From an uncultured Acidimicrobiales bacterium (GTDB taxonomy: Bacteria; Actinomycetota; Acidimicrobiia; Acidimicrobiales; VFJN01), in NCBI GenBank assembly GCA_963796415.1, contig CAWCLR010000005.1:39661-103660 (forward strand): a stretch of DNA of 64,000 nucleotides, written 5' to 3'. Each line of letters opens with the position of its first letter. Position 1 is the stretch's first letter. Shown here in pieces: positions 20,041 to 28,687 of this stretch. The position numbers and the translations under genes were made by a program. Under the pieces are notes generated by a model, which was given only the letters and a program-made list of their open reading frames with translations, did no database searches and was not told the DNA's origin.

Positions 20041-20047
20041 AGCCACC

Positions 20048-21382
20048 ATGCAGTTCCACATCGACCGACCGACGGCGCGCCAGGCCCTCCCGGCTCGCAG
20101 CCTGCCGGTCCCCGTGCGGCGCTTCCTGCACACCGAGGCCGCGGGCGGGCTCGTCCTCGTCGCCGCCGCCTTGGTGGCGCTCGCGTGGGCCAACTCGCCG
20201 TGGTACGAGAGCTACGAGACCTTCTGGCACAACGTCGTCAACGTGCGCGTGGGCTCGTTCGGCATCGAGATGGACCTGCGTCACTTCGTCAACGACGGCC
20301 TGATGACGCTGTTCTTCCTGGTGGTCGCGCTCGAGATCAAGCGCGAGCTCGTGGTCGGCGACCTGCGCGACCGGCGGGTGGCCGCCCTGCCGGTCCTCGC
20401 CGCTGTGGGCGGCATGGTGGTGCCCGCCGCGCTGTACCTCGTGGTCAACGCGGGTAGCTCGGGCTCGTCGGGCTGGGGCGTGCCGCTGGCCACCGACATC
20501 GCCTTCGCCGTGGGCGTGCTCGCCCTGCTCGGGTCGCGTGCCCCGGCGGCGCTGAAGCTGTTCCTGCTCAGCCTGGCCATCGTCGACGACATCGGCGCCA
20601 TCGGCGTCATCGCGGTGGCGTACACCGACCGGGTCGACGGCGTCGCCGTGCTGGTCGCACTGGCCGCGGTCGCCGGCGCCGCCCTGTTGCGCTGGGCGCG
20701 GGTTTGGTGGATGCCGGCCTACGCCGCGCTCGGCGTGGTGTGCTGGCTGGCGGCGTTCGAGTCGGGGGTGCACCCCACCTTGGCGGGCGTGGCCTTCGGC
20801 CTCCTCGCGCCAGCCCGGCCGCGGGCCCCCGCCGAGGTGGCGCGCGAGTGGGCCGAGGACCTGTCTGACGAGCCGACCGCGGCCGAGCTGCGCCAGATGA
20901 CCGTGATGGCGACCGAGACCGTCTCGGTGGCCGAGCGGCTGGAGAACCTGCTGCACCCCATCACCAGCTTCGTCATCGTCCCGATCTTCGCCCTTGCCAA
21001 CGCGGGCGTGCGCATCACCGGCGACGTGCTCGACGCCCCCGGGGCCGCCGCGGTGGCGGGCGGCGTGGCGGTCGGCCTGCTCGTGGGCAAGACGGTCGGG
21101 ATCGCCGGGGCCAGCGCCCTGGCAGTCCGCCTGGGCCTCGCCCGGCTGCCCGACGGACTGGCGTGGCGGCAGATCGTGGGCGTGGGCGCGGTGGCCGGCA
21201 TCGGCTTCACGGTGTCGCTGTTCATCGGCGGCCTCGCCTACGACGACCCTCGCCTGGAGGACGCAGCCCGCCTGGCGATCCTCGCCACGTCGGCCGTCGC
21301 CGCCGTCGTCGGTTCGGCGATCCTCGCGCTGGGCTCTCGGTCGGCGCGCACCCGCGAGCCGTCCGCCGAACCTGCGGCCTGA
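20048..21382 (+). CDS. nhaA: Na+/H+ antiporter NhaA
   Basis: NDGLM..FF..V.LEIKRE, GGMVVPA, GWGVPLATDIAFA, LAIVDDIG, GKTVGI, GIGFTVSLFI. Confidence 0.97.
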   Translation: MQFHIDRPTARQALPARSLPVPVRRFLHTEAAGGLVLVAAALVALAWANSPWYESYETFWHNVVNVRVGSFGIEMDLRHFVNDGLMTLFFLVVALEIKRELVVGDLRDRRVAALPVLAAVGGMVVPAALYLVVNAGSSGSSGWGVPLATDIAFAVGVLALLGSRAPAALKLFLLSLAIVDDIGAIGVIAVAYTDRVDGVAVLVALAAVAGAALLRWARVWWMPAYAALGVVCWLAAFESGVHPTLAGVAFGLLAPARPRAPAEVAREWAEDLSDEPTAAELRQMTVMATETVSVAERLENLLHPITSFVIVPIFALANAGVRITGDVLDAPGAAAVAGGVAVGLLVGKTVGIAGASALAVRLGLARLPDGLAWRQIVGVGAVAGIGFTVSLFIGGLAYDDPRLEDAARLAILATSAVAAVVGSAILALGSRSARTREPSAEPAA

Positions 21383-21521
21383 GCGAAAAGGGCGCGGCAG
21401 ACGTGGACGCTGAGGTATGGATGCGCGACGCCCGGCGATGGCCCCGGTGGGGCATCTTGCGCACGATGGGCGTACGGCGGCGCACCCGCCCGCCCCGATC
21501 CCGCCCGTCGAGGAGCGTCCG

Positions 21522-22001
21522 ATGTCCGATCTCGTCCCGGCCCTGACCGTCGCCGCCGCCGTGAGCAGCGCGGTGCTGACCGGTGTGCTGTTCGCCTTCT
21601 CCACCAGCGTCATGCCGGCGCTGGCCGGCCGCCCGCCGGCCGAGGGGATGGCCGCCATGCAGGCGATGAACGGCACGATCCTCAACCCGATCTTCGGCCT
21701 CCTGTTCGGCGGCTCGGCGCTGCTGTGCCTCGTGGTGGCCGTGTCGGCGCCGTTCACGGGCGATCAGGACGGCGCCGGCTGGCGCCTGGCCGGCGGCGTG
21801 CTGTACGTGGTCGGCGTGTTCGTCGAGACGATGGTCGTGAACGTGCCGATGAACGACCGGCTCGACGCCGCGGACGCGTCCACCGCCGCCGGGCAGTCCG
21901 TGTGGGCGGACTTCCTGATCCGCTGGACGCGGTGGAACAACGTGCGGAGCCTCCTCGGCGTCGTCGCCGCCACGTTCCTCGCCGTGTCGCTGGCCGTGTG
22001 A
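21522..22001 (+). CDS. DUF1772 / anthrone oxygenase family membrane protein
   Basis: FAFSTSVMPAL, AMQAMN, NVPMNDRL, WTRWNNVR; SD GAGGAG. Confidence 0.85.
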   Translation: MSDLVPALTVAAAVSSAVLTGVLFAFSTSVMPALAGRPPAEGMAAMQAMNGTILNPIFGLLFGGSALLCLVVAVSAPFTGDQDGAGWRLAGGVLYVVGVFVETMVVNVPMNDRLDAADASTAAGQSVWADFLIRWTRWNNVRSLLGVVAATFLAVSLAV

Positions 22002-22053
22002 CGTAGCGCGCGGTCGTGATCAGTCGGGCAGCAGCGGCATCTCGGGACCCAGC

Positions 22054-23220
22054 TCACGCCCGAGGTGCACCGCCCGCGTCGACGGCGCCGGTGCCGAAGC
22101 GCGCCCGCAGGTCGTCCAGCGCGGCGTCGAGCGTGCCGGCCGTGGTGCGCTCGAAGGGCAGGGCGAGCTGCACGGCGTCGTCGTCCGCCAGGTTGCCGAC
22201 GGAGATCCCGACGAGCGTGATGCCCCGGTGGCGGATCGTCGGCATGGCGGTGGCGAGCAGGTCGCGGGCCGCGCCCAGCAGCGTCGGCGTGTGGGCGGTC
22301 GCCTCGGCCAGCGTGTGGGCGCGGGTGGCGCGGGCGAAGTCCGCGAACCGCAGCCGCAGCGTCACCGTCCGGCCGACCCGGCCCGCGGTGCGCATGCGCC
22401 GGGCGACGCGGTCGACGAGGGCGACGAGGCGGGCGTCGATCTCCGCGGGCGAGTGGCGGGCGAGGCGCAGGGCGCTCTGGGCTCCCATCGACTTCCGCCG
22501 CCGCCCGCCCTGCACTGGGCGCGGGTCGCGGTGGTGTGCGAGCGAGTGCAGGTGCCGCCCCGACGCCGGCCCCAGCATGGCGAGGAGAGCGGCCTCGGGC
22601 AGGAGCGCCACCTCGCCGACCGTGGTGAGGCCGCGGGCGCGCAGCTTGGCCGCGGTCTTCGGCCCCACACCCCACAGCCGCTCGACCGGCAGGGGGTGGA
22701 GGAACGCCGTCTCGCCGTCGGGCGGGACCACCAGCAGGCCGTCGGGCTTGGCGCCGGCGCTCGCCACCTTGGCGAGGAACTTGGTCCGCGCCACGCCCAC
22801 GGTGATGGCGAGGCCCACCTCGTCGCGCACCTGGCGGCGGAGCCGGACGGCGATCTCGGGCGGGGTCCCGGCCGTGCGCAGCAGCCCGCCGACGTCGAGG
22901 AACGCCTCGTCGATGGAGATGCCCTCGACCAGCGGCGTCGTGCGCTCGAACACGGCGAACACCGCCCGGCTCGCCTCGCTGTACGCCGCCATCCGCGGCT
23001 CGACCACGACGGCGTGGGGACAGAGGAGGCGGGCCTCGCGGCCGCCCATCGCCCCCCGCACGCCGCAGGCCCGAGCCTCGTAGCTCGCCGCCATGACCAC
23101 GCCGCCGCCGACGATGACCGGGCGGCCGCGGAGCCGGGGATCGTCGCGCTGCTCGACGGACGCGAAGAAGGCGTCGAGGTCGGCATGCAGGATCGTGGCC
23201 TCGCCGGTCGGCGGTCTCAC
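22054..23220 (-). CDS. dinB: DNA polymerase IV (Y family)
   Basis: ILHADLDAFFASVE, ASYEAR, SIDEAFLD, KFLAK, LWGVGPKT. Confidence 0.95.
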   Translation of the reverse strand: MRPPTGEATILHADLDAFFASVEQRDDPRLRGRPVIVGGGVVMAASYEARACGVRGAMGGREARLLCPHAVVVEPRMAAYSEASRAVFAVFERTTPLVEGISIDEAFLDVGGLLRTAGTPPEIAVRLRRQVRDEVGLAITVGVARTKFLAKVASAGAKPDGLLVVPPDGETAFLHPLPVERLWGVGPKTAAKLRARGLTTVGEVALLPEAALLAMLGPASGRHLHSLAHHRDPRPVQGGRRRKSMGAQSALRLARHSPAEIDARLVALVDRVARRMRTAGRVGRTVTLRLRFADFARATRAHTLAEATAHTPTLLGAARDLLATAMPTIRHRGITLVGISVGNLADDDAVQLALPFERTTAGTLDAALDDLRARFGTGAVDAGGAPRA

Positions 23221-23236
23221 ACGAACAGATGTTCCC
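23221..23236. promoter_or_regulatory. LexA (SOS/Cheo) box upstream of dinB
   Basis: CGAAC-AGAT-GTTCC at 23222-23235, one mismatch to CGAAC-N4-GTTCG, abutting the dinB start. Confidence 0.8.
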
Positions 23237-23275
23237 CTATTGAGCCCGTGCCGGCAAGGCCCCGGGTGCAGGTGC

Positions 23276-23306
23276 TTGACCTCAAGTCTCCTCGAGGTCT
23301 TACCGT
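23276..23306 (+). promoter_or_regulatory. MerR/SoxR-type promoter-operator of the FMN reductase gene
   Basis: -35 TTGACC (23276), 19-nt spacer, -10 TACCGT (23301); dyad ACCTCAAG-TCTC-CTCGAGGT resembles the SoxR box CCTCAAG-N4-CTTGAGG. Confidence 0.75.
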
Positions 23307-23312
23307 CCGGGC

Positions 23313-23897
23313 ATGCCCGCACAGAACCTGCAGCTCGCGATCATCATCGGCAGCACCCGCGAGGGGCGCTGGGGGGACAAGGTCGCCCACTGGTTCGCCG
23401 ACGAGGCTCGCCAGCGTCCCGACCTGCTCGTCGACGTGGTCGACCTGGCCGAGGTCGACATCCCGGCCGTTCTGCCCATGCGCCACACCCCCGAGGTGCA
23501 GGCCTACGCCGAGCGCATCGACCGGGCCGACGCCTTCGTCGTCGTCACGCCCGAGTACAACCACTCGTACCCGGCCTCGCTGAAGCAGGCGATCGACGTG
23601 CTCAACGCCCCGTGGCGGCGGAAGCCGGTGGCATTCGTGTCGTACGGCGGCCTGTCGGGCGGCCTGCGGGCGGTCGAGCACCTGCGGCAGGTGTTCGCCG
23701 AGCTGCACGCCACCACCATCCGCGAGACCGTCAGCCTGCATCGCCACCCGCTGCTGTTCGACGAGTCGGGCGCGCTGGTCGAGCCCAGCGGTCCGGCCGA
23801 GGCGGCCAAGGTGATGCTCGACGACCTCGTGTGGTGGGCCTCGGCGCTGCGGACGGCCCGCGACGCCGAGGTCGCGGACCTCACCTGGATCGAGTGA
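23313..23897 (+). CDS. NADPH-dependent FMN reductase
   Basis: IIGSTREGR, TPEYNHSYPASLK..ID, SYGG.SGG.RAVEHLR. Confidence 0.92.
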   Translation: MPAQNLQLAIIIGSTREGRWGDKVAHWFADEARQRPDLLVDVVDLAEVDIPAVLPMRHTPEVQAYAERIDRADAFVVVTPEYNHSYPASLKQAIDVLNAPWRRKPVAFVSYGGLSGGLRAVEHLRQVFAELHATTIRETVSLHRHPLLFDESGALVEPSGPAEAAKVMLDDLVWWASALRTARDAEVADLTWIE

Positions 23898-23921
23898 CGG
23901 GCGCCGGGCGCGCGGCCCGGG

Positions 23922-25343
23922 TCAGCTGGCGGCGGGGTCGAGGGCCGGGGGAGGGGGCGGGTCGGCGGACGCCTCGGCGCCGTTGCCGTTGGAACCCTTG
24001 GCGCCGAACCCCTGCACCAGCTCGGCGAGGTCGACGCCGAACAGTGCCTTGAGCATCTCGCTGCCCTGGGCGACCGTCGACGCCACCGAGCGGACCGTCT
24101 GGCTGGCGCCGTCGGTCGAGATCACGGTCATCTGGTCGATCTTGGCCATCGGCGCGGCCGCCTCGGCCACCACCTTGGGCAGGGTGGCGGCGACGATGTC
24201 GACCACCGCGGCGTCGCCGTAGCGCGCGTAGGCGTCGGCCTTGCGCTGCATCGCGTCGGCCTCGGCCTGCCCCCGGGCCGCGATGGCCTCGGCCTCGGCC
24301 AGGCCCTCGGCCCGGGTGGCCTCGGACAGCGCGGTGCGGCGCTCGCGCTCGGCCGCGCCCGACAGGCGGGTCGTCTCGGCCTGCGCCTCGGCCTCCGCGA
24401 TCTCGCGGGCCTTCTCGGCGGCCGCCGCCTGCTCGACCGCGTAGCGCTGGGCGTCCGCCGGCTTGCGCACCTCGGTGTCGAGCTCGCGCTCCTTCAGCTC
24501 GGCGCGGCGGGCGGCGACGTGCTCCTGCGCGGCGAGCACGTCCTGATCCTTCGCCGCCTGGGCCAGCGGGCCGGACGCGGCCGCGTTGGCGGACGCTGCG
24601 TCGGTCTCGGCCTTGATCTCGGCCTGCTTGAGGGCGAGCTCGCGATTGGCGACGGCGATGTCCTCCTCGGCACGGATGCGGGCCTGCTCGGCCTCGCGGC
24701 GGGCGACCGCCTCGGCGATGGCGGCCTCCTTCTCGGCCCGGGCGGCCTCGGGGCGGCCGAGGTCGGCCAGGTAGTTGCCCTCGGTCTGGATGTCCTGGAG
24801 CTGGAACGTGTCGAGGACCAAGCCCTGGCCGGTCAGGCTGTTCTCGGCCTCCTCGGCGACGGCGGCGGCGAAGGCGGCCCGGTCGCGGATGATCTCCTCG
24901 ACCGTCAGCCGGCCGACGATGGCCCGCAGCGAGCCGGCCAGCACCTCCCTGGTGAAGACGTCGATCTCGTCCTGCTGGCCGAGGAACCGCTGCGCCGCGG
25001 CGCGGATCAGCTCCTCGGTGCCACCGACCTTGACGACGGCCACGCCCTCGAGGGAGCCCCGGATGCCGTTCGACGACACCGCGGCCGGCACGCTGAGGCC
25101 GATCTGGCGGCTGGTCAGATCGATGATCCCGAGCTTCTGCACGAACGGGACGACGAAGACGCTGGCTCCCATGACGACCTTCTGGCCGGACGTGTCGCCC
25201 CCGCCGCCCTTGCCCTTGCGGCCGGTGATGATGAACGCCTCGTTGGGCCCCGCCACCCGGATGCGGGTGATGACGAAGATGACCAGCAGCAGCGCCAGCG
25301 CGACGCCGCCGCCGACGGCGATGAGGGTGGGTGATGATTCCAT
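23922..25343 (-). CDS. Flotillin / SPFH-domain membrane scaffold protein
   Basis: N-terminal TM, NEAFIITG, AAQRFLG, LRAIVGRLTVEEI, Ala/Glu-rich coiled coil; start MESSPTLI at 25343. Confidence 0.9.
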   Translation of the reverse strand: MESSPTLIAVGGGVALALLLVIFVITRIRVAGPNEAFIITGRKGKGGGGDTSGQKVVMGASVFVVPFVQKLGIIDLTSRQIGLSVPAAVSSNGIRGSLEGVAVVKVGGTEELIRAAAQRFLGQQDEIDVFTREVLAGSLRAIVGRLTVEEIIRDRAAFAAAVAEEAENSLTGQGLVLDTFQLQDIQTEGNYLADLGRPEAARAEKEAAIAEAVARREAEQARIRAEEDIAVANRELALKQAEIKAETDAASANAAASGPLAQAAKDQDVLAAQEHVAARRAELKERELDTEVRKPADAQRYAVEQAAAAEKAREIAEAEAQAETTRLSGAAERERRTALSEATRAEGLAEAEAIAARGQAEADAMQRKADAYARYGDAAVVDIVAATLPKVVAEAAAPMAKIDQMTVISTDGASQTVRSVASTVAQGSEMLKALFGVDLAELVQGFGAKGSNGNGAEASADPPPPPALDPAAS

Positions 25344-25425
25344 GTCGTGTCTCCCAGCAGATTGCGGTTGTCGGTGGTGGTCGATGCCGGCCGCCGGCGG
25401 CGGGTGACGGCCGGGCGTCGAGGGG

Positions 25426-25947
25426 TCACCCGTCGAGGACGCGGGTGTCGTGCGCGTCGAGGTCGAACGGGGCGACCTCGACGAGGGTGGAGGAGGTGAC
25501 GTCGACGACGACGACCTCGGTGCCGACCGGAATCGGCGCGGCGGCGGTGCAGGCCACCTTGACCGGGCCGGTGGGCCGCTGGAGCAGCACCTCGCCGTAG
25601 CGGCCCGGGGCCGGTGCCGTGACGACCCGGCCGAGCGAGCCCAGCAGGCCGGCCTGGGTCTCGGTGGGATCGGTCGGCATGTGGACCGCGGCGCGGACGA
25701 GGCGCACGGCGCCCCAGCCGAACAGCAGCCCGGCGGCGATGCCGGGGACCAGCGCGGCGGCGCCCAGCGACCCCCAGAAGGCGCCGGTTCCGAAGCCGAA
25801 GGCGCCGAGGAAGGCGAACACGGCGGGCACCGACAGCCAGTCGGGCCCGATGTCGAACGCATCGATCGCATCGCCCAGCCCGTCGGCCACGACGGCCACC
25901 AGCAACGGCACGGTCGACACCACGCCGAGCCACAGGAAGCCGTTCAC
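25426..25947 (-). CDS. NfeD-like flotillin partner protein
   Basis: Three TM helices then an OB-fold (GRVVT...GEV...IPVGTEVVVV); directly upstream of flotillin. Confidence 0.8.
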   Translation of the reverse strand: MNGFLWLGVVSTVPLLVAVVADGLGDAIDAFDIGPDWLSVPAVFAFLGAFGFGTGAFWGSLGAAALVPGIAAGLLFGWGAVRLVRAAVHMPTDPTETQAGLLGSLGRVVTAPAPGRYGEVLLQRPTGPVKVACTAAAPIPVGTEVVVVDVTSSTLVEVAPFDLDAHDTRVLDG

Positions 25948-26057
25948 GGCGGCGCATCGTACGTCGCCGCACGGCGCGGTGGTTCCGGTGACATCTGCGT
26001 CAGCCAGCCGTGTGCGAGCGCGGTAGACAGGGGACGGAGCGACCGGAGGGGGAGCGC

Positions 26058-27077
26058 GTGCCCGTACTCGACGCCAGCCATGACTTCGCGCACGAGGTCG
26101 AGGGCGACTCGGCCTGGAGCGAGTCGTACTACTTCAACGCCTACGACCCGGCGGTCGACGCCGGCATCTTCACCCGCATCGGCGTGCGGCCCAACGAGGG
26201 CACGATCGACGTCGGGTTGTCGGTCTGGCTCCCGGGCGACCGCATCGCCAACGTGCGGGGCGTCCGCGAGCAGACCGTGATGACCGACAGCGACCTCGAC
26301 GTGGGCGGCGTGCGCTACGAGCGCCTCGAGCCCATGCGCCGGTGGCGGCTCACCGCCGACGCCGACGCCGAGGTCCTCGACCTGGGCGGCGACGTCACGC
26401 CCGGCACGGGCCGGCCGGGCCGCGTGACCATGGATCTCACGTTCACGTCGCTGATCCCGGCCATCGGCACCGACGGCGCCGCCCGGTCGCAGCGCAGCGA
26501 TGCCAGCGCCGCGTCCACCGCGTCCACGGTCGGCAAGGGCCACCTCGAGCAGTCGGGCACGTGGGAGGGGACCATCGGCCTCGACGGCGAGACGTGGCGC
26601 CTCCACGCCGCCACCGCCCGCGGCAACCGCGACAAGTCGTGGGGGCCACGGCGGTGGGGCGGCCCGCAGATGTGGCGCTGGTTCTCGATCAACATCCCCG
26701 GCGACGGCGAGGAGGTCGGCACCCACTTCGGGGGCATCCGCATCGGCACGCCCGCGGGCGACCTCCACCGGGGGTGGGTGTGGCGCGGTGGCGAGGCGGC
26801 GTCGATCCGGTCGTGGGACGTCCGCTCCGAGCTGGCCGACGACGGGGTCACCCACAGGGTCAGCCACGTCACCGCCACCGACAAGGCCGGGCGGGCCCAC
26901 GAGCTGCGGGGGGACATCATGCGCGTCTACGGGGTGCCCCACCGCACCGGCGACCGCCGCACGGTGGTGAACGAGGGCCTGGCCCGATGGACCTACGAGG
27001 GTCGCACCGGGTACGGCATCAGCGAGTACCTGCACCAGCTCGACGACGACGGTCGCCCGCTGGTGCCGATCGAGTGA
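26058..27077 (+). CDS. Uncharacterised beta-rich protein (DUF7064/DUF7065-like, AttH/cyclase-like fold)
   Basis: WSESYYFN, H.EQSG.W.G, G.RDKSWGPR.W, WRWF, GYGISEY; SD GGAG before GTG 26058. Confidence 0.6.
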   Translation: MPVLDASHDFAHEVEGDSAWSESYYFNAYDPAVDAGIFTRIGVRPNEGTIDVGLSVWLPGDRIANVRGVREQTVMTDSDLDVGGVRYERLEPMRRWRLTADADAEVLDLGGDVTPGTGRPGRVTMDLTFTSLIPAIGTDGAARSQRSDASAASTASTVGKGHLEQSGTWEGTIGLDGETWRLHAATARGNRDKSWGPRRWGGPQMWRWFSINIPGDGEEVGTHFGGIRIGTPAGDLHRGWVWRGGEAASIRSWDVRSELADDGVTHRVSHVTATDKAGRAHELRGDIMRVYGVPHRTGDRRTVVNEGLARWTYEGRTGYGISEYLHQLDDDGRPLVPIE

Positions 27078-28519
27078 CGCAGCCGCCGAGGGGCGGGTCG
27101 GCCGCAGACCTGGCGAGCGCGCTGGCCGGCGCGCTGGGCACGGACGCCGGCGCGATCACCGGGCTGCGCCGGCTGTCGGGCGGCGCGTCCCGCGAGACGT
27201 GGGCGTTCGACGCCGGCGGCCGGCCGCTGATCCTGCAGCGGGCGCGGCCCGGCGGCCCGGGGACCGCGGGCATGGCCACCGAGGCCGCGCTGCTGCGGGC
27301 CGCGGCGGCCGAGGGCGTGCCCGTGCCCGGAGTGGTGGCGACGGGGGCCGCGCGGTCGGAGTCCATCGACGGCGCCGGCCCCGGCGACCCGGCCGGCGCC
27401 GGGTTGGGCGCGGCGTGGATGGTGGTCGACCGGGTGCCGGGCGAGACGATCGCCCGCAAGATCCTGCGCGACGACGAGTTCTCCGCGGCGCGCCCTCTCC
27501 TGGCCGCCCAGTGCGGCGAGGCGCTGGCCCGCATCCACCGCATCCCGCTCGACGCGGTGCCCGGCCTCTCCGGTGGCGACCAGCTGGCCCAGCTCCGCGC
27601 CACCCTCGACGCCACGGGCGAGCCGCACCCGGCGTTCGAGCTGGGCTTCCGCTGGCTGGACCGCCACCGCCCCGCCGCCGTCGGCGGGCGGGACACGCTG
27701 GTCCACGGGGACTTCCGCAACGGCAACCTCGTCGTGGGGCCCGACGGCCTGCGGGCCGTGCTCGACTGGGAGCTGGCCCACCGCGGCGACCCCCTCGAGG
27801 ACCTGGGGTGGCTCTGCGTGCGGGCCTGGCGGTTCGGGGCCGAGCCGCGGGTCGGCGGGTTCGGTCCGGTGGACGAGCTGGTCGGGGCGTACGAGGCCAC
27901 CGCGGGCGAGGTGGTCGACCGGGCGGCGCTGCACTGGTGGGAGGTGCTCGGCACGCTCAAGTGGGGCGTCATCTGCGTGGTCCAGGCGGCCACGCACCTC
28001 AACGGCGTGGTGCGGTCGGTCGAGCTGGCCGCCATCGGCCGCCGGGTGTGCGAGGTCGAGCACGACCTGCTGCTCCTGCTGCCCGGGGGCGACCCGGCCG
28101 CAGCGGTCCCGTCCGTGGACGTCCGGTCGGCGCCGCCCGAGGCCGCGCCGCTGCCGCAACTGCACGACGCGCCCACGGCGGCGCAGCTGGTCGAGGCCGT
28201 GCGCGAGTTCCTGGAGGGCGACGTGATGGCGTCGGCCGAGGGCCGGGTCAGGTTCCACGCCCGGGTGGCCGGGCGGGTGCTCTCCCAGGTCGAACGCGAG
28301 CTGGCCGCCGGCGACGCCCCCGCCCGCGCCCACGCGACCCGGCTCGCCGCCCTGGGCTGCGCCACCGACGCGGACCTGGCCGCCGCCGTCCGCTCGGGCG
28401 CCCTCGACGCCCGCACCGCCGAGGTGACCGCCGTCGTGCGGGCGGCCGTGGCCGCCAAGCTGGCGGTCGCCAACCCGACGTACGCCGACCCGGCGGGCCC
28501 CGAGAACCCGAGGCGATAG
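27074..28519 (+). CDS. Phosphotransferase (APH/ACAD10-like) fused to a C-terminal DUF6285-like domain
   Basis: LSGGASRETW, LVHGDFRNGN, LDWELAHRGDPLEDLGW; C-terminal HDAPTAAQLVEAVREFL...KLAVANP.Y; GTGA overlap with the upstream gene. Confidence 0.85.
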   Translation: MTQPPRGGSAADLASALAGALGTDAGAITGLRRLSGGASRETWAFDAGGRPLILQRARPGGPGTAGMATEAALLRAAAAEGVPVPGVVATGAARSESIDGAGPGDPAGAGLGAAWMVVDRVPGETIARKILRDDEFSAARPLLAAQCGEALARIHRIPLDAVPGLSGGDQLAQLRATLDATGEPHPAFELGFRWLDRHRPAAVGGRDTLVHGDFRNGNLVVGPDGLRAVLDWELAHRGDPLEDLGWLCVRAWRFGAEPRVGGFGPVDELVGAYEATAGEVVDRAALHWWEVLGTLKWGVICVVQAATHLNGVVRSVELAAIGRRVCEVEHDLLLLLPGGDPAAAVPSVDVRSAPPEAAPLPQLHDAPTAAQLVEAVREFLEGDVMASAEGRVRFHARVAGRVLSQVERELAAGDAPARAHATRLAALGCATDADLAAAVRSGALDARTAEVTAVVRAAVAAKLAVANPTYADPAGPENPRR

Positions 28520-28603
28520 GTTCCGCCAACGGAAGCCTGAGGCAGGGGTTCCGCATACGGAACCCATGACCTCGACCTCCGGCCGACGGAACCCATTGCC
28601 TCG
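28509..28603. repeat. Nested palindromic repeat element, copy 2 (95 bp; reverse orientation of copy 3)
   Basis: Cores start at 28509 and 28538; inverted cores end at 28574 and 28603 (GGAACCCATTGCCTCG). Confidence 0.85.
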
Positions 28604-28687
28604 CCAGGAGTGCCGCCGCCGCGGTCCTGAGCGTCACAGGGCGTCGCTACGATCCTCCGGTTCGACAGGCCGAGAGACGAGTGGACG

